DNA of 64,000 bases from Trichoplax adhaerens (Eukaryota; Animalia; Placozoa). The stretch is from NCBI RefSeq assembly GCF_000150275.1, contig NW_002060949.1, positions 4,682,753 through 4,746,752 of the forward strand. The letters run 5' to 3'. This document shows, piece after piece, positions 12,289-25,836 of this stretch (its first letter is position 1; every line of letters starts with the position of its first letter). Both the position numbers and the translations under genes were made by a program. The notes under the pieces are model-generated. The model did no database searches, was not told where the DNA came from, and saw nothing but the letters and a program-made list of their open reading frames with translations.

Positions 12289-14648
12289 CCTATTGCAGAT
12301 GTTGCCGTATTTGCCAGCATTATCCATTATTTCTTAAATTTCTTCAGTCAGTAGTTATTTGCCACCAACAGCGAAAATGTCTACAGTTGACTGATGCAAC
12401 ATTGGCATTAAAGGAGGTTTCAATGAAGCACATGCAAAGCTGAAAGAAGCATCAGTATTGTCATGCCATTCTTTGCTTTTTAGGTTGCTTATATAACGCT
12501 TCCGTAGTGTTTTAATAGACAGACGTGATTCAATTTTTCTACTTCTTAAAATATTCTTCCAATCGTCTATCCAAGTCTGATAGACTGGCTGTCATAGTTG
12601 ATAAATTGTATCAAAGTTGTAAAATACATTATGCTAATTTGCTAAATGGAATCGCCAAATGGTTAAGTACAGTACTTTTGATTAGTTTTATGAATCAGAT
12701 TTAAAAGTTTGCAATTAAGCTAATTAGAATTGCGTCGAATATAAATTAATCGTTTTATGATCGATAGATGATAAGTTCTCCTTATGATATAGAATAAGGA
12801 TCAATTAAGAGCTTACAATAGACAATTTAATGTGTTGCCTTTAAAGAGTAAAACTGATCTTTAACTCCCCTGTTAATTTCATCTGCGAATTTAACTGATA
12901 GTACAATATATTAAAATTTTTCCCATACGATTTTGGTACCTAATTAAAATAGTATTTTGGGGAAAATTAATACCAGCTCTAATTCATCGTTCATAATAAC
13001 TATTTAATTTTAGGTTAATCAAGATTCATTGCACAACCTATTTGCATAAAGGAATGTTTACTGCAATATGGTATATGGATAAGAATTCTAATCTAACCAT
13101 ATTTCTATATTCTATATCTCAAGCCTCATGAAAATATAAAGTTAATTTAAAATTTTATGAAAATAAGAGCGTAAAATCATAACAGAATTTCTTTGTTTTT
13201 CCCGTTTTATTGTTCCCTTTCTATCTTTATATTTCAAAATAGAACAAATTATCAATTCAACTGTAAAAATTGAAGTATTTTGTCTGCATTATTCATCTAT
13301 TCTAGCTTTTATAAGTTAATTTAACCCACAAAAACAACCTTGTTGCAGATGCTATTAATTGCTCATTTTGTCTGATTTCCTTCGATTAGTTTATAGTCAG
13401 TCATTTCTTGTATTACTAATTATAGATTGAGTATCGTCCGATAGGATTCAAATATGCATTAGTTGTGCTGCGGTTGTATTTGATCGATGGTATCCTGTCA
13501 TTTTTACCGATTTAATGTAAATGTACCGGAGAACTATTAAGTAATCACTTCTAATTGAAATTATATTTATTTTATTTCGGATCTAACTTCCATCATTCAA
13601 TAGTAAACAATCGAATTAAGAGTGAAGATGAATCAGAATTTCCTGTAATATTTTGTTTTCTTAATCTATAACTGAATTAGCATTCAAATGGTAGGGTTGA
13701 TGTTTTTCTAATCTGAAATAAAGTTTACTTTAAGCGCCATAAAAAATATTTAGTAAAATAGATTGTAATAAGATAACGACACGGAAGTTGTTTAACAGAC
13801 TACGACAGCTACGTCATTTTTTTATGAGCATTCAAAAAGTAAAAGCTATGCTTAAATTAACCGTCCATTCTCCTTTGCAGGATGACATAATCAGTAAAAA
13901 TTGGCATGGGATAGTTAGTATTATAACCAAATCTTATACATGATTGAAATATAATTGATACACGGAAATGATCATTTATAGTACTACAGTAGAATCACGG
14001 ATGCATTCGAGTTTAAAATTTTATTAGCCACCATGAGCTTACAACGCACGGTGACGTAAAACAAACTTCGATTATGTCCAAATATTACTAATTTTAAATT
14101 ACAAAGGAATTTCAACAGCCATTCAATTGGATAAATTTGATGCCCAAGCGGCATATATGCATGCAACAAACTGTTCTAATTATAAATTTGCACGTAAATT
14201 ATTCCCTGAAATTTGTTAGATAATAATATGCATAGATACATGATATTTCCTAATATTATGTAAGACGGAGACATTTCCACGTTATAAAATGAATGTTATA
14301 TAAAGGTAGCAAATTTTATAATTTAAAATCGTCTTAAACGTCAATATCGCAAGATCTTTTGTCTATTTATTATGACCTTCAGATCCCGGGACTCCTTCCT
14401 GTGTTTGGATATGGTTGAAAATCGCGTAAATTTTAATCAGATGATTGCAAGATCAAGCATGTTGCCAATGTAACATAATGTATCAAAATAGATCACAATA
14501 GGAATTCATGATCACGTTGGTATATAAATAGTCAAATGCTGCATTATTAATACGGAATTGACGATATCTTACTACAACAGGGATATAAAGATGAATTCAT
14601 GTTTGTAGATATCACAAGCTATGATAAATCTAATAGGACGAAATTAAC

Positions 14649-17600
14649 TTAATTTCCAGATTCTTCCAGGATATCACGGTTTAAAAATGAATTGTTTCCT
14701 AAATATCAGATAAGGATTGTATATTAATAACTGTTAATGAAAAATCTACAGTCTAATGATCAAAAATATACTAGATTGATTACCGGTACTTTCCGTTCTA
14801 GGCAAAGTGTTATTGTTTGTTTCGTCATCGGCACTTTCAGAGGTAGTATGAAAAGAAGTAGAAAAAATTATACAAGTATTATCATTACGGATCTTGCAAA
14901 TAGCTAAAAAAATTTATCAATGAATGTATAGATATATACGCATGTATTTATAACATATTCATATATTTACCATTGATGAACAGGCATGCTTAAATGATTT
15001 CCGTTATAATACGTTCCTGTAGCCAAATTGCTACAGTTGTCTTCCGTTAAAAGGCGCTGTACAGGAGAAGGACATGATTCATTCGAAGTTTCTTGAGAAG
15101 CCGATCTACTATTTATTTCACCACTTGATAACGATATGGAATCGCATCGTAAAACTACACCTGTGAGTCATTCGTGCAAAGCATATAAGTATCTATTAAA
15201 CGACTTCTCTTTAACTTAAAATTGAATTAATATTTATAAATTAATAACCACCATTAGATATACCATCTAGGTCTGAATCGCTATCAACAACTATTATTTC
15301 TTGGTTGTTAACAACGTATGTATCTTTCCTTGCTTGATGAGATGCATCATTAGCTATTAACTTTAACTGGGATTCTCTTAACTGTCTTGCATTTTGATGT
15401 TGGTTGGTAACCAGGGATGAGGAAGTACTTGCATGAGCTTTTTCGGAGGTTGAGGACCTGGTTATAGTTACATTTGATGGAGAATTTCTTCTTAAAGAAC
15501 GATGTGTACACTTTGATTGCGGCGTATTTGCTAAACCTGCGACAGCTCTCCCTTCAGAGGTATTCAACGACTCGTCAGAACCAACTTCTAAAAATGATTA
15601 AATAAATACAGTAATCCCTTAGCGAACAGCAGTTATAAATTTCTAATTCAGTTTCGAAATAATTCGTCACTGTAAGAGTAAAGAGTAAAAATAAGTATCC
15701 GACAGCTCTAATTACAAATAATACATAGCATGCTTTTTTGTAAGAATAATAACAATCAGAGGATGCATAGTCAGTGAATCTTCACTAGTTAGTTCATTAC
15801 ATGTTCGATAATTAATTTTCAATTCAATTGTAGCAATACAAGTATTGATAATAAACCGCCAGTATAGGGCTTACTAAGTCCATTTCATGACAATTATTTT
15901 AGCCTTATTTAAGCAGATTAATTACCGTCCTCTTTTTTGTGCGTCAATGCAAAACGAGCGCTAGATTCATCAATGGATGCATCCAATGATGACAGCTCAA
16001 GTTCTACCCGTGTTTCACTAGAAGATTCTAATAACATTTTGTTTACGCATTAATTTCAGTTTTCGAATTATTCAGTTATATAGTCCACTATTTTGAATTC
16101 TTTCCGTAATTTTACTGTATAATATACCGTCTTTTGATATTTTTTCCTCAGGCTTACCCTTCAATAAGCGCTAGAAATTTTAGTAAGATTCAAGATAAGA
16201 TATACAAATTAAACAGAGGTATAATTTAAGGTAATATCATTACTGAATCGCCTGAAAATCACCTCTTTCAGCTTTCCAAGTTCAGCTACAACGTTTTGAT
16301 GCTTTTTTTCTAACATTTCTACAACCCTTAAAAGTATATAAACTATTTATGACACAAACATTAATCAATGCTACGCGTAAGATGATATACTTACCATTCT
16401 AGATCGCTACATTTAGAGTAATAGGATGGATGTCTAACGGAAAATCTTAATTGAATTGAATCATTCACTAGATAACCTTCCCTAGACTGTAACAGAAGGC
16501 AAGAGTGAATCAGATAATTGATTTCCGTTACGGAATAGGAAGTAACAATTGATGTAAGAAATACCAGTAAATCTAGACGAAAGAAACGATTATAACCCCA
16601 GGATTCTCCAACATCAAAGTCTGATGCTATTGAAATCAAACCATTAGCAATATTAATATAATAATATCAAAAGAAGTTTTATGGGTGTATGATATGAAAG
16701 TAGTTACCAAATTCCCTAATTATATTCTTTTTAGGATCTGCACGTGAAGTGCCTTGATGGACTAATTCGATGCGATACTCATACCTAGTTGTGAGGGAAA
16801 ATTAATTTTCTTTGTACTCTTAAAATTTGGTAAGATGATACCGTACTTCGATGTACGCTGTGGACCAGCATGTAATTCGAGAAACACCGATAAAAATTCT
16901 CCAGAGGACGATCCACTGCCATTCTACATTTATTGTTTTGTATTTAACTACAGTTAGAAGAGTATAAATATATAGACCCTGTTTATAAATTTGATAGCCT
17001 AAGTTAGGTATTCCTACCGGATAAACTTTCAGACGCCATTTTAAACCGTGAGTGTCAAGCATTCGACTATATAAAGGGTTACTGTATCGTTTTTTCCTTC
17101 TACAAGTGCATAAATAACAAATTAGTATCTTAGTTAGCAAGAAATTTGTTCATAATTGCTGAAATAGTGACAAACTAATTTTCTTACGTGTAATCTTTTA
17201 TGTGGAAAGACCCATGAGCAAATCGAGGTACTACCTCACTTGAATAGTAGTGTTGGTACGAGATTGATATTTATTTTAGATCGTATGTAAATAAAAATAT
17301 TATTGTAGCTAAATTCATAATTAAAATTGCGGGTAATACCTGTCAAAGACGATTTCAATTTCTTCTGTAATGAGTGATTCAATCGATTTTAATCGGATCT
17401 AAAAAATTCGCAATTGTTGTTATGACGATAATATCAAAAAGAGCTTAATATTCATGTCTTTAATACTTAACAATAAATTAACCAGTACCACTAACGAGCA
17501 CACTATTTTTATTCATTTTATGTTTTATATATATACGAACGAGGTATAATATTTGGTACGGTATGCCCAATAATTATAATGATACGAGATTAGACACGTC

Positions 17601-20600
17601 CATAATGTAGATTTCTAAGTTTATCATCTACCTCTTCCATTGTTTCTTGTAATTCTGTAGATCTGGCTATAAAGCGACTTTTCGATGATTGAGAGATATC
17701 TCGATCGATTTCACTAAGAAATTGCTCAAGGGAATGCATTTGGCTACTTAGGTTATCTTTTTGACCTTTAAATATGAAAAAGTAGAGATTGAGTCTTTGG
17801 TATCATTTTGAATATTATGCATGCAATCCAAAAAAATGAGCTAACTATGTAATTTCTCTAATTTTTGTTTTAATTGGCGGTCAAGACGCGATGTGATATT
17901 ATTAAAGGTAACTTGCACTTCCTGTACTGCCTGTTTGAAAAACATAACATGAATATAATCTTGTGATTAGAATAAAGATGGATATTTTTAATGAATGGGG
18001 ATTTAATTTACGAACTATCTCCAAGATCATAAATTTTTGTCGATAAGATATAATATTATTATTAGAATGTTAAACAAGAAGGGCTTTACAGCTATACGTA
18101 AAGATTATTACGAAACCAAATTTTAGCTGTAGCATCTATCGGCAATGGTATAAAATCGTTGTATGACACTTAATTATTAGTGGTAGTATTTTTTCTGGAG
18201 TACTTTTACGTCTAATTGGTTTAAACATCAATATTAACACCATAAGGTAACTATTATAATTCGATTACAAACTGATTACAAATTGCACTAGAATTTTGGA
18301 ACCATGCATTATGTAAGAAACGTTAACCCACAGTATGTGAGTTCTAATAAATTATAAGTAATTATGAAAGCATGTAGTAATAGTAACTTACAATGTCTTT
18401 AGCCCTTTTAATTTTTTCTATCTTTTTATCCTAAAAATGAGTGTGATAAAATGATTGAACGATAGTTAGTATGACTATAGGTAAGGTAAATATAGGAGTT
18501 GTCTTTTTCTTTAATAAAATTGTAGAGTTTTCAAAGTTTTTTCGACGTACTGTTTCCTCAATTTTGCTAACAAAACTGCCTATGCGTTGTCTTATTGAGT
18601 TAACCTGCAAGATACAGAACATAGACAAGCTGTAATATTGATCAACTGAAAGGTAATTGCAATAGATATAGCTTACTTCATTTGATATCTTTGATGAACA
18701 TTGCTTGTATATATCTTCGATAGGTTGAAATGAGTGACCATGATGAATATCGCCACCCCATAGTGCACATTGATGACAAATGGATCTCATACATGTATTA
18801 CAGAATACCGTTAATTTTTCTTTGTGGATTTCACAGCTAAACGAAATATGACAACAGTGACAAACAATTTCAGTTTATAGCTATCATAAAATGATCACTC
18901 CCGAAAACGTCGCATTAATTTGATTACCTATCTTCTGGTGTAATTTTAGTATGAGATTTATTGTTTTGAGATACAAATTTTAATGACTCCAGTTGCTACA
19001 TTGGTCAAGAGAATAAGATGATATTTGAAAAGATAGTCGTTCCGATCATTGAAGGATACAATAAACATTAAACGGTGTTCTTGCAGGTTATACTGATAAC
19101 TTACATCAGTAACTTCTTCAACCCATCTACATTTAACTAATTCGTGAATATGTAAATGAGCCCTATAAAAACAACGCCAACTCTACTTACTTGCTTTTCA
19201 AGATAGCATGTTTAATTTTACTGCTAGTAGCTAGATAAAAATACTCAAGAAGACTAGGGTATCAACAAAGTATAGCTATTCAGGTTTAATATCTTATTGA
19301 GTATAGAAGTAACTTAATATTGTATTGCATTCCTTACCTGCAATGAGGGCAATGAGATCTTTGTTCACAGAGCCATCTCTAATTATTAATATCAGCAATG
19401 AAATAGTAAAGAAAAATTGTCATCAAGATATGCACAATGTGACGTTAGTCATATAGATTTGTACTCTGGTGTAAATATTTCATTTTACAATTATGATCAA
19501 CTTATTATCTATACGAACTCCTATTTCGACACCTAATAGTAGCGATTAATAGGATGACTAATTCGAGGTGCTAGTTGATTTATTAATAAGAAATTAATTA
19601 AAGAACATTAACACCAATAATTAAAACCAAATTAGATGACGTGAGTCTTCATTGACAGTTCTAAGATTATCGTATGCGTTCTAACAATTATTACAGTTGT
19701 ACAGTACTATAATTATATTCATATTTGTATGGGATTATTGAATTATTAGAGATTTTCTTATTGATAGATAATTAACTCCATGACCAGAATATAAGCCCCA
19801 GATGAATTAATGTTTGACAGAGTTTATATCTATTCTACAATAAGTGTTTAGATAGGAGTAAAGAATGTAGTTATATTTTTCGAGGAGAAATATTCTGTTT
19901 TACTGTGTGCCTTTGTTCTAACAGCTAAAATGTATTTATGCTATTTACTAGGGATTGGCTGTAGTAATTTCAAGGAATCGGATAAAAGTTTGTAATTAAG
20001 GGAAGGACATTTTATTCTAGTATAAAATCGAAATTGATTTCTCGCAATTATAACACGACCAAAGCATACTATAGTTTGCAATGTACGGATTACAATTGAT
20101 TGTTTATTTAGGAACAAATTTTCTATCGTAACTATTAATGATATGGTATAACACTTTACTATAGTACGATAAGATATCCTTATATCAATTCGATTCTTCT
20201 ACTTGCCCGCACGCAATAGTGGTATACTGAATGGCATAACATCTTATGTATATTGGTATAGATCACCTTCTGTTCCTTAATATCCGGTTAATTAAATCGG
20301 GAATAGTTACTTTTACTTACGGTCATATACTGATATATCATGATTTAAACAAATTACCGGTCAAGCAAGTACATATATAGAGAGACACTTGAAATTACTC
20401 TTATTTACAAACTAATGCTTTCAACGATATTGGTTAATAATACTATTGTTATTGCTAGTTCATGCCAGTCAAGGAAGTACTCGTGTATCAAAAGATACTC
20501 TTGTGTGTCAATATTGAACTATTCCAAGGTAATCTTATTACAATTTTGTATACTATATGCGTAAATCATGTATTATCGAATGAATGATTTGAAAACTGGA

Positions 20601-23489
20601 TTAATTTATTTCATTTTATAAATAAGAAGAATACTCGTAAAGTGGATATGTTAATGTCATTTGCAATCGCTAGAAGTGGAAAGATACAAGACTGATTCGT
20701 TCTACGTTTAGTACATAGAAAATTGAAAAGAAGAAGAAAAATTCTATATGTTCTGTATACAATAAATAAAATATCAAGATAGAATATTCTTTCATTTCTA
20801 CATGACAGTCGACTCACCCTCATACACGTATGGCAGCATAATTTGGAACAGTGTGGGCATAGTCGAGCATCCTTCAATTTTTCCATACATATAAAACAGC
20901 GGAATACATCTTTGATGTTCTATAGGGTATAAAGTAAAGTAGGTGTTAGAAAAAGAAAATCAATTGTTGGCTTGCAGCTGTCGCATTAACCGTTCCATGT
21001 AATATGACGCCAGGATGCTATCATTCACAACAGCATTGATACCATTCATCATCTAATAATGCTCTATTTTTTTTTCATCTATCATAAATTGAGTAAAGAG
21101 GGAGGCATGGTAGTATCTTGTTGTAGTTAACTCTGCCATCTCTTACTCCTAAGATTAAAGTCCTATCCGCGCCCCTTTTCTATTCATAGTCGTCATGATG
21201 AGTTCATCATATTGGCTAAAAGAAGTTGCGTTACTCCACCCTTCAAGTTGAAACTCTAACCGCAACAGCATCGATCACATTACACATTTCTCTAAATGTA
21301 CATTATTGTTGGTATCATGTTAATTCAATCGTAGATGCTCTATTTCGTTGTTTTCAATGCTATAACAGAATGATTATTATTAAAATGTGTAAAACATTCG
21401 AATTCAAGCGGATGTTGCCCAACCGAGTCTAATCAAGAACAATACCTCCATTGTATCTTTCTTTTACTACCATGATTTTCTATCGGTTTAGTAGTCTATT
21501 TCACGTAGCGATACTATTATTACTATGGATATCTTATCCTTTATTGTCCTTGCCTTTTTGAATTCAAGCCGCGTCCACTTGCAATACCTGTATCAAGGTC
21601 TTTTCATTTTTTTCCTTTTACTAATATCGTTGTGGATTACTAAGTCATCATTCCAATATTACGGAAATGCTGTCTTTCGATCAGTCATTAAAATAACTAA
21701 ACGAGGTGATGTGGTCCTTGATCATAACACGCTATTACTCGCTGTCTCTTTCTGACAATGTATTGTTGGTTGTTTTTTTCTTGTGTATAAATGCTGTAAA
21801 TAATACTTATGAAAATCTCAAGCAGAACAAAGAAATCGGGGAATACTCGTCTAACAAGATCCGTGTTTGAGGTTTGAGGGCAGTTAGTGTTATTGGAAAG
21901 CTAAAACATCCAATATCATTGCCAAGACGTACATGATGGCAATCGCTAGCGGTACTTGGTGTTTATTCAAGCTTTTGGGCTACTTTATAGTATAGTATAG
22001 AGCGTCAAGAGGAGATTCTTATAAGAAAAATATATTATATTATTCGATCGTCGACTGCATACTTAGAAATCTTTATTCATTGATGACTAAAGATCTGAGT
22101 TTAAATGTTACCGAGAATGAGCTGTTATTCCTCGTATATTGTAGTTTTCTAGGGCTTTCATTATGAACTAGTTCTACGAATATAGTTATCGGCCGATTTC
22201 GATGTTGCATTTAGTTTCGTTTCGTTAGTAGAAATTAAGAAGAAATTACACTATAATAGAGTAGGGTAAAGAATCGATTTTGGGGGTTATGTTTATGATA
22301 ATAAAAAAAAAGTGAAATTTTACGATTGCGTTTTATCCATTGATATTTTCATGATTCGGAGATCATCGCTATACGTAGAATAGAGTCTAAGCTTATAATG
22401 GAAATAAGTACCGTTATCCGATTTGTTCATAACATCAAGTTAGCAAAAAGTGCGATGCTTGTCTAACAGTCAATGTACGGTATTGTAGGCGAAGTTGTCG
22501 TAAGATCAGAATCAAGTTGATTAAGAAATTGTTGAATTGTCGAAAGGGACAATACTGTACGCTTATATATCTAGTGCTATCACTTTTTCGCTGAACGTAT
22601 ATGATGCGATTTTAGATCAATTAGGATAGAAAAGAAGGCCATAATTACTCAACCAATAACATAAAGGAATACTTTACTTCATAGGTTATATCATAAACAG
22701 ACGTACATCTACGCCATGGACAAATGTAAGATTCATTGGAAGAATAATTATTTGCTGTTAACTTAAACGCCAATAGCAAAGGCGAAAATTTAACGTAGGA
22801 TGATCGATTGAACAATTTTCTATTGACTCTAGAGCAAAAGGTATGATAGCCTAGTTTGTAAGATAGTTGATACTTTTACCTCCCTACTCTACATTCCAAT
22901 AAAAAAAAAAGCAAGTCAGCAGCTGTAGACTAACGATAGAATGATAGGAATGCATAAGAGAAAGTAAAGTAAAGAAGAATAATGTGGATTAAAACCGAGC
23001 GATACAGAATACGAATGATGTTCACGGCCTCCATGCATTTCTAAAGTCTTCATTAGAATCAATCCAGTTCATTAGCGAGATATCGAATAGCTGATCCAGT
23101 CCAATCATCATACTACTGTACTGTAATCCATAATATTTTACTAGATGGTTTATTTGGATCTTGCCTCTATATTATTATTTTATAACTCATAGATGAACGA
23201 TTGCATTAGTTGTTCCATTGGATAGGCATTGAGAAGATATTGGTATAGCTTCGATGTGGTTGTAATCTATGGTCGAGTTAGATAACATGATCTTCAATGA
23301 CTATTATCTATTCAAGTCAAATTGAATTGGATCTCTTTGATCGACGATGGTAAGCGAATATATTTTCATCTCCTTTTTAATACTCATATTGAAGCAATGA
23401 TAGATTTTGAAATGATTCAATATAGAGACAGTGGTGATAGCTTACCTGGACATCGCTGCACGCTGGCGTTGTTGTGCTGCTGCGCTCAT
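14649..23489 (-). CDS. TRIM37: E3 ubiquitin ligase TRIM37 (RING, B-box, coiled coil, MATH); multi-exon; first and last exons tentative
   Basis: RING exon 20919-20818 reads [29 protein letters not shown], followed by [14 protein letters not shown]. The B-box is [21 protein letters not shown]. The MATH domain includes [10 protein letters not shown] and [24 protein letters not shown]. Candidate first exon is 23489-23446 ([16 protein letters not shown]|GTAAGC); candidate stop is at 14651-14649. Confidence 0.93.
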
Positions 23490-23559
23490 GTTGATCGATT
23501 GCACTTGTCGTTTTGGATACTGACCAAGCAGAAAGTAACAATGGATTTAAATACCAAGC

Positions 23560-23820
23560 GCCAGTCTACGTCACTTCCACTCTGGCGGTAGTGTACAGTA
23601 CTGTGTACTGTAGCGTACACTGTACTGTACTGTACTGTACAGTGTACACGAGGCTTAGTGTACTGTACAGTGTACAGTGTACAGTGTACAGTGTTTGGAT
23701 ACTGAGTTCAGAATGTTTGGGTCAAATCACTTTCACTTTCCCGATGTCGTACTGTACTCTTACTCTTTATAAAAGGCTACTGAGACTAGACCTGACTGTA
23801 GTACTGTACAGTGCATCGAA
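23560..23820. promoter_or_regulatory. TACAGT/ACTGTA-rich island upstream of the TRIM37 candidate ATG, with a TACGTCACTTCC (CRE/ETS-like) motif
   Basis: Dense ACTGT/ACAGT pentamer-hexamer runs at 23590-23695 and 23748-23812; TACGTCACTTCCAC at 23567-23580. A regulatory role is inferred from position. Confidence 0.55.
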
Positions 23821-24529
23821 TTTCTTCTTGGAGAAATGGGTGAATACTTTTCTTGTTAATTTTTGCAGCAAAATTCATCAAATTTGATACGTGTAGAAAG
23901 AGGAAGGTCTACCGATTTATTCGCCAATTTAATCGAATTCATCAATTTTGGGCACTTTAATTTCATTTTGAAAACTCTGAATAGAATTTCTACACGCTGT
24001 ATAGTACAGTGTTAGTCTCACAAGTCCCTGACTCGACTGTACTAAATTCACCGTTGAATTTACTAGCCCTTGACCGTCTATTGGCTTTTTCAGCCAAATG
24101 TTATTGTTTTGTTGTTTGATCACTTTGTTTTAGTATCAGAAATCTGAACATGTAGAAATTAATGGGCTACATTTTTAGAGATCCTTCTCCAAGGGTTTCT
24201 AGGCTACATTTTCCAATTTTAGGATTGTGCTGTATTGTACACTGCTGTAATGGTAATATACTGTAGAATTGGAACGAAAAAGGGTTCTATCCAATCGATT
24301 GTATTGCTGAAATTTGTCTTGATCACACCCTTGGATTTTGATTTACATTACTTCACCATACTTTTGAAGGAATGAATACAGTAAATATCAATTTAGTTTT
24401 ACCCAATAAGTTGTTTTTATTCGCCCAAGATTTTCACTACTTGAAGTCATTAGTAAACTGTAAAAGTATGATCGACGTTATATACTGTACTCTGTACAGT
24501 GCAGTAGGATGGCTATTTTTTCAGTATCG

Positions 24530-24917
24530 TACTACTTTATAGTGTACTGTACACGAGAGACCCTCTATGAACCTCTATGAACACTAAAATGTACAGTTAC
24601 TGCCACTTTCTTGCTCAATATGACTGACGATTCCAGAAAGTTTCTACCGTGTAGTCCAGTTCTTGGTTTACTACTTTCTAGTATACACTAGAGACCCTGT
24701 ATGAACACTAAATTGCATAGTAATGCCGGTTTCTTGCTCAATATGACTGACGATTCCAGAAAGTTGCTACCTTGTAGTCCAGTCCTTGGTCTACTACTTT
24801 ATAGTATAGTGTACTGTACACTAGAGACCCTGTATGAACACTAAAGTGCTCAGTACTGCCGCTTTCTTGCTCAGTATGACTGACGATTCCAAAAAGTTTC
24901 TACCGTGTAGTCCAGTC
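24530..24917. repeat. Three tandem copies of a ~125-140-bp unit in the TRIM37/CDC45 intergenic region
   Basis: GAGACCC..TATGAACACTAAA..TTTCTTGCTCAATATGACTGACGATTCCAGAAAGTT..GTAGTCCAGT is repeated three times (about 24530, 24669, 24792). Confidence 0.95.
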
Positions 24918-25836
24918 ACCTGTCTGTCCATCTCGATGGTTACAGTGTACAGTACAGCATACTGTACATGATACAGTCCCAGTACTGTAAATAATCGAGC
25001 ATTTCTTCGCGCCTTTTTTTAAAATCATATTCAAGATTGGTGAAGTGCTGGTGGATGACGCGATGTCGGACTGTGTCACACAATACTGTATTGTGCAGTA
25101 CATACGTTGTGAGTCAATACCACGAACGACATGATGAAATGAAGCAACATAACAGGTGTGTTGCTCTCGATACGTCACATCCACTGCTACAATTGTTGGC
25201 GAGCGCTCCAGCGTATTCCTTGCGGCCATTAATGAAGAATTGAGTTGAAGAAGAGAAGCAATTTTCCATGTAATTCTACCATGAACTGCCTTTCAGCATT
25301 AACCTAGTGGAAATTTACTAATTAAGCAATACTCTTCTATTAAAATAGATCCTTAATCAAGTCTAAAATTGGTCAATTTTGCAAGTTGAGCAGCAACTCC
25401 AGTGAAGTTGATCGTCATTTGTGTCAGTGAGTGAATGGGTGTGGATCTACCAATAGTGTAGGTAGATGATCAAGACAACGATACAAGCTACAATTTAATG
25501 TTCATTTTCGATTGAGATTTGTTAGCTTGCTTTTCCTCTTGGTTTGAATACTTTTAATTCTATCACTCTAGTGGAGTTCACTTTGTGCAGATAACACGTA
25601 GAAGATCCATACAGAGACAATCGTCTTGACTGACACAACTGCGATAGCAAACAATCATTCAATATCCATTTTCTACTAGCATTTTGGGGGTCTAAGTTTT
25701 GCTACGAGTTGCTGTGGTGATTAATTGGAAAAGATTCAACGTTACATTAGTAAAATATAGAGTAGAAAGATCCATACCGATACAGTACGATCAAAGTAGA
25801 ATTTGCTAAGAGTCAAGAAACGCTCACTTTAACCCA

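Noticed and set aside
23322-23887. ORFs of 89 and 124 aa rich in V, Y, C, T and S
   Set aside because: They are translations of the TACAGT low-complexity island and lie antisense to the TRIM37 candidate first exon; no protein-like signal.
24530-24917. Repeat arrays (also 6757-7600) as CRISPR arrays
   Set aside because: Whole units are repeated with no unique spacers, the context is eukaryotic and there are no cas genes.
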